Positions 57,176 to 64,000 of a stretch of DNA of 64,000 nucleotides are shown piece after piece. The notes below the pieces were generated by a model. That model saw only the letters and a list, made by a program, of their open reading frames with translations, did not search any database and was not told the origin of the DNA. The first letter of the stretch is position 1, and every line of letters begins with the position of its first letter. Position numbers and translations under genes: made by a program. This stretch comes from Gammaproteobacteria bacterium (GTDB lineage: Bacteria; Pseudomonadota; Gammaproteobacteria; CAJXQU01), in NCBI GenBank assembly GCA_965238175.1, contig CBDEGZ010000003.1, forward strand, positions 2,627,885 through 2,691,884, written 5' to 3'.

Positions 57176-58345
57176 TCAAGAAAGATCTTTCTTCAGATCT
57201 TCAATATCTTCTAAACCAATCGACAGCCGGATCAGACTATCAGTAATACCTACTTCCTTCCTCTCAGACTCTGTCAGTCGCCAATGCGTTGTTGTTCCAG
57301 GGTGAGTGATGGTACTTTTTGTATCGCCCAAATTAGCCGTAATTGAGAAAATCTTTGTATTGTCGATCAGCTTCCATGCGCCATTTTTCCCACCCTCAAC
57401 TTCAAAAGAAACAACACCACCATAACCAGACTGTTGATCGGTTGCTAATTTATGCTGTGGATGATTTTCTAGCCCAGGATAATGTACCTGTTTTACAAAC
57501 GATTGTTGTTGTAACCACTGCGCCATATTCAAAGCACTCTCACAATGTGCTCTCATTCTAATTGAAAGTGTTTCCAAGCCCTTAAGAAAAATCCAGGCAT
57601 TAAACGGACTCATCGTTGTGCCACCAGTTCGTAATATTCCGAACACCGATTTTCCGATCAATTCTTCGCTACCCAGAATAGCTCCACCAACACAACGCCC
57701 TTGCCCATCCAGATACTTTGTTGCTGAATGAATGACGATATCAGCCCCTAGATCGAATGGCTTTTGTAATGCAGGTGTGCAAAAACAATTATCAACAACC
57801 AATAGACAATCACGCGATTTTGCCAAACGGGCAAGGGCAGCAAGATCGGCCACTTCCATCAATGGGTTTGAAGGTGTCTCAAGAAATAAAATGCGCGTCT
57901 CAGGGCGAATAGCCGCTTTCCATGCTGCGATATCAGTGAGTGGAACAAAGCTTGTTTCGATCCCAAACTTACTCAAAATACTATTAAATAGACCGACAGT
58001 AGTACCAAAAATACTACGTGAGGAAACAATGTGATCGCTTTGTTTTAACAAGCCTAGACAAGTACTCAAAATTGCACTCATTCCTGATGAGGTCGCAATA
58101 CAACGTTCAGCACCTTCAAGTGCAGCTAACCTTTGTTCAAAAATTCTGACCGTAGGATTTGTAAATCGGGAATAGATGTTACCTGGCTCTTGATCAGAAA
58201 AACGCGCCGCCGCCTGTGCCGCATTTTTAAAGACAAAACTGGAGGTAGGAAAAATTGGTTCGCTATGCTCCGACTCAGCCGTTCTATGATGTCCCGCTCT
58301 AATCGCCAGAGTTTGCAAGCTATAGTCGTTCTCTTTTTGAGTCAT
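57176..58345 (-). CDS. metZ: O-succinylhomoserine sulfhydrylase (Cys/Met metabolism PLP enzyme)
   Basis: Trans-sulfuration family with MetZ-like YSRFTNPTV. PLP-Lys region SATKYLDGQG. Confidence 0.65.
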   Translation of the reverse strand: MTQKENDYSLQTLAIRAGHHRTAESEHSEPIFPTSSFVFKNAAQAAARFSDQEPGNIYSRFTNPTVRIFEQRLAALEGAERCIATSSGMSAILSTCLGLLKQSDHIVSSRSIFGTTVGLFNSILSKFGIETSFVPLTDIAAWKAAIRPETRILFLETPSNPLMEVADLAALARLAKSRDCLLVVDNCFCTPALQKPFDLGADIVIHSATKYLDGQGRCVGGAILGSEELIGKSVFGILRTGGTTMSPFNAWIFLKGLETLSIRMRAHCESALNMAQWLQQQSFVKQVHYPGLENHPQHKLATDQQSGYGGVVSFEVEGGKNGAWKLIDNTKIFSITANLGDTKSTITHPGTTTHWRLTESERKEVGITDSLIRLSIGLEDIEDLKKDLS

Positions 58346-58594
58346 TTTGACACCCGAATAAATTCATCGGCCATAAATGAAAAAAACCCACATTTAGCAA
58401 AAGCCAAAGCAGGCCGAACGCTTTAGCAATATTTATTACGCGCCTGCAAGCTGAAATTAATCAAATCGGCGCAGAAATGAGACTAGAAGATAGAGAGTGT
58501 CCTGTCAATTAAAAAGCTTAAAGCAAGACGAAAATACTGATATTGTCTAAGGATATAGTCTGGGTTATATAAACTCTGAGTCATATATCTAATA

Positions 58595-60112
58595 TTAAGC
58601 TGTCATAGAAATTTCGTCTGAAGATTCATCTCCATCGTCATCATCTCGTTTTTGTTTTGCCTTATCAGAACGTGCTTTTTCCAGATTATGTAAATAATCA
58701 GTACTGATATCACCTGTTACATATGCACCAGTGAAACAAGATACATCAAACTCGGTCACTTCAGGGTTACCAGCATGAGCAGATTCAATTAAGTCACTAA
58801 GTTCCTGGTAAATTAAGCGATCAGCACCGATCAAATCACAAACATCCTGCTCTGTTTTGTTATGAGCAATCAATTCGTCAACTGATGGCATGTCGATTCC
58901 ATAGACATTTTGATATCGAACAGGGGGCGCAGCCGACGCAAAATACACCTTCTTTGCGCCAGCATCTCTAGCCATCTGGATAATTTGTCCTGAGGTTGTT
59001 CCACGTACAATTGAATCGTCAACCAGCATGACATTCTTATCTTTAAATTCCAAATCAATAGCATTGAGCTTTTGTCGTACTGACTTTTTGCGTTTGCTTT
59101 GGCCAGGCATAATGAATGTTCGAGGAATATAACGGTTCTTGATAAACCCTTCTCGATACTTCACATCCATCTCATGCGCCATTTCCATCGCCGCAGTCCG
59201 ACTTGTATCGGGGATAGGTATTACCACGTCAATATCATGATCTGGCCAGTCTCGCTGGATCTTTCTGGCCAACAATTCTCCCATTCTCATACGCGATTTA
59301 ACAACCGATATACCCTCAATAATCGAATCGGGTCTGGCAAAGTATACATATTCAAAAATACATGGGTTGTGTTTCGCCTCAGGAACACACTGGCAGGTTT
59401 TAATATTGCCTTTTTTGTCCACGAAAACCGCCTCGCCAGGTTTCACATCACGGATTGTTTCAAAACCTAAGGAATCTATTGCAACACTTTCAGAGGAAAA
59501 AATGTATTCAGTTCCTCTATCAGTTTCACGTTTTCCAAATACAATAGGCCGGATACCATTTGGATCTCTAAACCCAACAATCCCAACACCATTGATCATA
59601 GCAACCGACGCATAACCGCCACGGCATCGTTGGAAGAGGCCTTTCATTGCTGTGAATATATCATCCGCATTTATTCTGAACTTACCCATTTTTTGCAATT
59701 CATCTGCAAAAACATTGAGCAAAACTTCTGAGTCAGAATCGGTATTGATATGACGTAAACCATCACTAAAAAGCTGTCGTTTTAGTTCTGTTACATTGGT
59801 TAAGTTACCATTGTGAGCGAGTGAAATACCATAGGGAGAATTAACGTAAAAAGGTTGAGCTTCTGCGGTTGAAGAACAACCAGCCGTGGGATATCTAACA
59901 TGACCAATGCCCATCTTGCCTTGAAGATTAAGCATATGCCGCGTGTGAAAAACATTATCGACAAGCCCATTCGACTTCCGAAGTTTCAATTTACCTTTAT
60001 TATAAGTTGCTATGCCTGCAGCATCTTGACCACGGTGTTGTAAAACGGTTAATCCATCATAAATCGTCTGGTTAACCGCACTATTCGCAACTATACCTAT
60101 GATTCCGCACAC
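58595..60112 (-). CDS. purF: Amidophosphoribosyltransferase
   Basis: N-terminal MCGIIGIV (Ntn Cys1). PRTase domain. cvpA-purF synteny. Confidence 0.95.
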   Translation of the reverse strand: MCGIIGIVANSAVNQTIYDGLTVLQHRGQDAAGIATYNKGKLKLRKSNGLVDNVFHTRHMLNLQGKMGIGHVRYPTAGCSSTAEAQPFYVNSPYGISLAHNGNLTNVTELKRQLFSDGLRHINTDSDSEVLLNVFADELQKMGKFRINADDIFTAMKGLFQRCRGGYASVAMINGVGIVGFRDPNGIRPIVFGKRETDRGTEYIFSSESVAIDSLGFETIRDVKPGEAVFVDKKGNIKTCQCVPEAKHNPCIFEYVYFARPDSIIEGISVVKSRMRMGELLARKIQRDWPDHDIDVVIPIPDTSRTAAMEMAHEMDVKYREGFIKNRYIPRTFIMPGQSKRKKSVRQKLNAIDLEFKDKNVMLVDDSIVRGTTSGQIIQMARDAGAKKVYFASAAPPVRYQNVYGIDMPSVDELIAHNKTEQDVCDLIGADRLIYQELSDLIESAHAGNPEVTEFDVSCFTGAYVTGDISTDYLHNLEKARSDKAKQKRDDDDGDESSDEISMTA

Positions 60113-60115
60113 AGA

Positions 60116-60682
60116 TCATTCACCTTTGATAATTTTATTTATCTCAATAGGCACGCTCTCTGAATTAATAACTTCAGATTCATACGTTGTCGATTCAGCT
60201 ATATTCAGTGACTCTTTAATACCTTCAGGTAAATATCCTTTAACCCAATCAGTCGCAGATTGAAAATGAGGGATCAATAATGATCGTTTGTACAACTTGT
60301 TATTTATAAATGGTGTTATTCCAACCAAATCGATCAAAATCATGACAATGAGATAACCACGTGCAATTCCAAATAACACACCCAATAATCTATCTGTACC
60401 GGATAAACCAGCACTGTTCATCAGTCTAATGATCACATAATTAAATAAAGAAAAAGCAATTAGTACGGTAATAAAGATTAAAAAAACCGCAACAGCATTA
60501 CGAAGAAACTCCGGTTCTATGGAGGTTAAATATGACGCTACTTCTCCACGAAATATCCAGGCCACGTAGAAAGCAGCAACCCACGAAATGAACGATAAAA
60601 CTTCTCGAACAAACCCTCTGAAAACACCTATCACAGCGGATAGAAAAACGAGGGCAATAATTGCAATATCAACTGTATCCAT
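60116..60682 (-). CDS. cvpA: Colicin V production protein CvpA
   Basis: Four-TM CvpA family. Upstream of purF as in E. coli. Confidence 0.85.
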   Translation of the reverse strand: MDTVDIAIIALVFLSAVIGVFRGFVREVLSFISWVAAFYVAWIFRGEVASYLTSIEPEFLRNAVAVFLIFITVLIAFSLFNYVIIRLMNSAGLSGTDRLLGVLFGIARGYLIVMILIDLVGITPFINNKLYKRSLLIPHFQSATDWVKGYLPEGIKESLNIAESTTYESEVINSESVPIEINKIIKGE

Positions 60683-60773
60683 TTCTCAATAACTCCTTAG
60701 TCCTGCTTCATAATATTATTCTCGTAAATAGATTGGCGATGTTATCAGAGCAATTGTGCCTTAGCTACTGAAT

Positions 60774-61403
60774 TTATTCCAACGTAACAATTAAAGTTTG
60801 TAGCTTCTCTTTTTGATCGATTTGTTTTTTTAGTTTTTCTATTTCAAACTTTGAACCAATCGGTCCAATTCTTACCCGGTAGATGGTTTTACCGCTCGTA
60901 GGAACTCCTTCAAAATATGCAGACAAATTTTCGGACTTCAGACGCTTCACAAGCCTGTCTGCATTTTCTTTACTTGAAAAGCTGGCTATTTGAAGTACCC
61001 ACTGAGACTTCCCTTCGCCTTTTTCAGGGGCTTTATTTTCTACCTTCCTTTCGGGATTTTTAGAATTTTGACTATGTCCCGAATTGGCAATTTCCGATTT
61101 CACTTCTGTTACTATTTGATTTGACGTTGTTATTTGAGGTTTTTGCTCTACTTCTTGCGAAATATTATGATTGCCTTCGACATCACTCCCTTCATAACGA
61201 GCGATCACTTCTGAAGGTATAGCACTTGCTGAGGGAGTTTCCTGAAAAGATTGATGACCGGTCACAGGTTTAACATCAATATCAGTAACTTCTGGTAAGT
61301 CTTCAGTCGTCACTGGTTTCTCTAAGATAAGGGGCAAGATGATAATGCCAAGTACGACAAGTACAACAGCACCAACTAGTCTTTGTTTTAGATCTTCCTT
61401 CAA
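60774..61403 (-). CDS. dedD: SPOR-domain cell-division protein (DedD-like)
   Basis: N-terminal TM anchor, low-complexity linker, C-terminal SPOR domain (WVLQIASFSSKENADRLVKRL...YRVRIGP). folC-dedD-cvpA-purF order. Confidence 0.6.
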   Translation of the reverse strand: MKEDLKQRLVGAVVLVVLGIIILPLILEKPVTTEDLPEVTDIDVKPVTGHQSFQETPSASAIPSEVIARYEGSDVEGNHNISQEVEQKPQITTSNQIVTEVKSEIANSGHSQNSKNPERKVENKAPEKGEGKSQWVLQIASFSSKENADRLVKRLKSENLSAYFEGVPTSGKTIYRVRIGPIGSKFEIEKLKKQIDQKEKLQTLIVTLE

Positions 61404-62686
61404 GACTCCTGTTCCATTATTTTCATCACAGCAGAAACCGTATGAAATGATCCTGCGACCAAAATCCGATCACCCGCTTTAGCCTCTTTTTGCAAAGCAG
61501 TATAAGCGGTTTTAACCGAATCAAAAGGGATCACAGGCACGTTCATTCCTGCGTCTTCTAAAAGCTTTACTAATCGCGCACTTCCAGCACCTCGGGAACC
61601 TCCAAGTGCCGCAACATACCAATCATCAACATATTGTCCAACTTCTTCAATAACACCTCCAGCATCTTTATCTTTGAGCATACCCAGCAAGAGATGATTC
61701 TTACCCTGAACTGGATTTGATTTTAAAAAACTGGCCAACGTTTTAGCCGCATGTGGATTATGTGCAACATCGAGGACAATTTCGACATCACCAGGTATTA
61801 CCTGGAAGCGTCCAGATAATTCTGTTGCCTGTAATCCCTGATGAATATGCTGTTCAGAAACAATGTATCGATCCGGTAAGCATTGAATAACTTTCAAAAC
61901 ACCTGCAGCATTCATCAGTTGAAAATCACCACGAAGACTCGGCCGCGGTAACTCATCGTAACTAACCTTCTGATCATTCCAACACCACGTCTCGTCTGAA
62001 GAAGATTCGGCAGAGAAACTATAATGATAGTCTTTACCGGAAAGGTAGAGATCTACTTTTTGATCTTGTGCAAACTCCACAAGACTCTCCGGCGCGTTCA
62101 GATCAGAACATACTGCCGGATTACCAGAGCGCATAATCCCTGCCTTTTCTAACGCAATATCATTTCGATTATCGCCCAACCAATCCACATGATCGATCGC
62201 AATAGATGTGACCAGTGCAACGTCTGCATCCATCATATTGACAGCGTCTAATCGCCCACCTAATCCAACTTCAAGGACTGCAAAATCAACCTCTTCTCGT
62301 TCAAAAAGATAGAAAGCAGCCAAGGTTCCAAATTCAAAATAGGTTAACGAAATCTCGCCTCGAGCCTGATCAATACACTCAAATGCCTCACACAGAAGCT
62401 TATCTGAAACCATTTCACCATCAATACAAATTCGTTCGTTGTAATGGATCAAGTGTGGGGAAGTATAGACACCCGTTTTATAACCAGCTTGCCGCATAAT
62501 GGTACTTAGCATAGCGACACTGGAACCTTTTCCATTAGTGCCCGAAACACTGACAAAACCGTATTTTGGCTGTTTGAGATCCATGCTATCTGCAACCGAT
62601 TTGCAACGCTCCAAACCTAATTCAATTTCGTTTAGGTGTAGGGTTTCCTGCCACGAAAGCCAACCTGTCAGATTATCGAAGCGCAT
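61400..62686 (-). CDS. folC: Bifunctional folylpolyglutamate synthase / dihydrofolate synthase
   Basis: P-loop VSGTNGKGS. Mur-ligase fold. Confidence 0.9.
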   Translation of the reverse strand: MRFDNLTGWLSWQETLHLNEIELGLERCKSVADSMDLKQPKYGFVSVSGTNGKGSSVAMLSTIMRQAGYKTGVYTSPHLIHYNERICIDGEMVSDKLLCEAFECIDQARGEISLTYFEFGTLAAFYLFEREEVDFAVLEVGLGGRLDAVNMMDADVALVTSIAIDHVDWLGDNRNDIALEKAGIMRSGNPAVCSDLNAPESLVEFAQDQKVDLYLSGKDYHYSFSAESSSDETWCWNDQKVSYDELPRPSLRGDFQLMNAAGVLKVIQCLPDRYIVSEQHIHQGLQATELSGRFQVIPGDVEIVLDVAHNPHAAKTLASFLKSNPVQGKNHLLLGMLKDKDAGGVIEEVGQYVDDWYVAALGGSRGAGSARLVKLLEDAGMNVPVIPFDSVKTAYTALQKEAKAGDRILVAGSFHTVSAVMKIMEQES

Positions 62687-62710
62687 TTTGAGAGTCCCGA
62701 GCTTACCCTG

Positions 62711-63571
62711 TCAGGCGGCAGTTTGATGAGTCATCATGGCTAATAGACTTGAAATTTGATCACGCATTTCCCTGCGATCAACAATCATATCAAGCGCGCC
62801 GTGCTCAAACAGAAATTCACTGCGCTGGAAACCATCCGGTAAAGTTTGTCCTACCGTTTGTTCTATTACGCGAGGACCTGCAAAACCTATCAGTGCTTTT
62901 GGCTCGCCAATATTAATGTCGCCCAACATGGCTAAGCTGGCGGACACTCCACCCATCGTTGGATCTGTCATCACGGAGATATAAGGTAAGCCTTTTTCGC
63001 TTAACTTAGCGAGTACTGCACTGGTTTTTGCCATTTGCATAAGTGAGACCAATGCTTCTTGCATTCTTGCTCCACCACTGGTGGAAAAACACACCAAAGG
63101 TATATTTTCTTCCAAACTGGTGTTTGCCGCCTGGAAAAAACGTTCACCCACAACGGATCCCATAGTTCCCCCAATGAAACCAAAATCAAAAGCGCACGCA
63201 ACTATCGGTATCGCTTTTAACTCCCCTTTCATTACAACGAGTGCATCGGTTTCATCTGTCGTTTTTTGTGCATGTATTAAACGATCTTTGTATCGCTTTA
63301 AATCTTTAAATTTAAGAAAATCCTCTGGGGTTATATTTGCACCAATTTCGGTAGTCGTATCTTTATCAAGAAAATGTTCGAGACGCTTACGCGCACCAAT
63401 ACGCATATGGTGACCACATTTAAGACAAACATCCTGATTTCTTTCCAGTTCCGAACGATACAAAACTTCCTTACAGGATATGCAGCTCGTCCAAAGACCT
63501 TCAGGAATAGATTTTTTTGAGGTACTGTCTGTGCGAATACTCGCCGGCAATAATTTTGTAAACCAATTCAT
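62711..63571 (-). CDS. accD: Acetyl-CoA carboxylase carboxyltransferase subunit beta
   Basis: N-terminal C4 zinc ribbon (CISC...CLKCGHH). Carboxyltransferase domain. Confidence 0.9.
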   Translation of the reverse strand: MNWFTKLLPASIRTDSTSKKSIPEGLWTSCISCKEVLYRSELERNQDVCLKCGHHMRIGARKRLEHFLDKDTTTEIGANITPEDFLKFKDLKRYKDRLIHAQKTTDETDALVVMKGELKAIPIVACAFDFGFIGGTMGSVVGERFFQAANTSLEENIPLVCFSTSGGARMQEALVSLMQMAKTSAVLAKLSEKGLPYISVMTDPTMGGVSASLAMLGDINIGEPKALIGFAGPRVIEQTVGQTLPDGFQRSEFLFEHGALDMIVDRREMRDQISSLLAMMTHQTAA

Positions 63572-63598
63572 TTTTATTCTTCCTCACAAGTGATCAGA

Positions 63599-64000
63599 TT
63601 ATTGATCAATAGCATTGCGTAATTCTGCCATGAAACTGCTTATCTCATCAGATATTTTTTCAGGTTGTTCTTGCAACGCTTCCATCTTTGAGACTAAAGC
63701 ACTCCCGACAACAACCGCATCACTAACCTTTGAAACCCTCGCAGCCGTCTCACCATCTTTAATACCAAATCCAACACCCACAGGTAATTTCGTATATTGA
63801 CGGATCAGATCCATTTTTTCTCGAATACCACCCGTATCAAGTTGACTACTACCCGTCACACCTTTCAAAGCCACATAATAAACAAAACCTGTTGCTGAAT
63901 GACAAATCTTCTCAATTCTTTCTGGCGTTGTCGTAGGCGAGATCAAAAAGACCGGATCAACACCGGCTTCTTGTAACATAACATTAAACTCTTGCGACTC
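63599..64000 (-). CDS. trpA: Tryptophan synthase alpha chain, C-terminal part (gene continues beyond the 3' window edge)
   Basis: TrpA C-terminal sequence (GFGIKDGETAARV...VVVGSALV). The frame stays open upstream of the listed Met through position 64000. Confidence 0.8.
   Translation of the reverse strand, partial: ESQEFNVMLQEAGVDPVFLISPTTTPERIEKICHSATGFVYYVALKGVTGSSQLDTGGIREKMDLIRQYTKLPVGVGFGIKDGETAARVSKVSDAVVVGSALVSKMEALQEQPEKISDEISSFMAELRNAIDQ

Noticed and set aside
58346-58594. Possible SAM-II-like riboswitch in the metZ leader (UUGCUAAAGCG / GCUUUGGCUUUUGCUAAA motifs)
   Set aside because: Only short motif resemblance from memory. I cannot establish the pseudoknot or consensus without a covariance-model search (Rfam cmsearch RF00521), so it is not reported as a feature.

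Overview
This 64 kb window reads as a chromosomal segment of a low-GC (about 40% by eye) gammaproteobacterium, with dense coding on both strands and no CRISPR or rRNA. Most of it is conserved housekeeping synteny: rpoE-rseA-rseB-mucD/degP divergent from nadB; smc-zipA-ligA; queF; cysZ; dksA-gluQ; the metY(tRNA-fMet)-rimP-nusA-infB-rbfA-truB-rpsO-pnp block; apt; and trpA(partial)-accD-folC-dedD-cvpA-purF. Accessory content is as follows. (1) A partial exosortase at the 5' edge, with a divergent PEP-CTERM protein and an operon of a Ser/Thr kinase-cNMP-binding fusion plus a PilZ-(degenerate GGDEF)-(degenerate EAL) giant protein. (2) An IS481-family insertion. (3) A second, frameshifted minimal Ser/Thr kinase next to tRNA-fMet. 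(4) A serine-cycle C1-assimilation cluster (sgaA-mcl-mtkA-mtkB-hprA-ppc) with fhs nearby, which suggests a methylotrophic lifestyle. (5) The stand-out is a complete diversity-generating retroelement (DGR) at 42.9-46.1 kb, all on the minus strand: target gene, avd, TR and RT. Its approximately 130 bp TR/VR pair differs at 15 positions, 14 of them at template adenines. Its target is a signal-peptide DUF1566 (C-type-lectin-fold) protein that ends in a PEP-CTERM exosortase sorting signal. Its reverse transcriptase carries a C-terminal extension that looks like the MutS domain I mismatch-recognition module with the Phe-X-Glu motif intact. This RT-MutS_I fusion, on a DGR that diversifies an exosortase substrate, is the most likely undescribed biology here.
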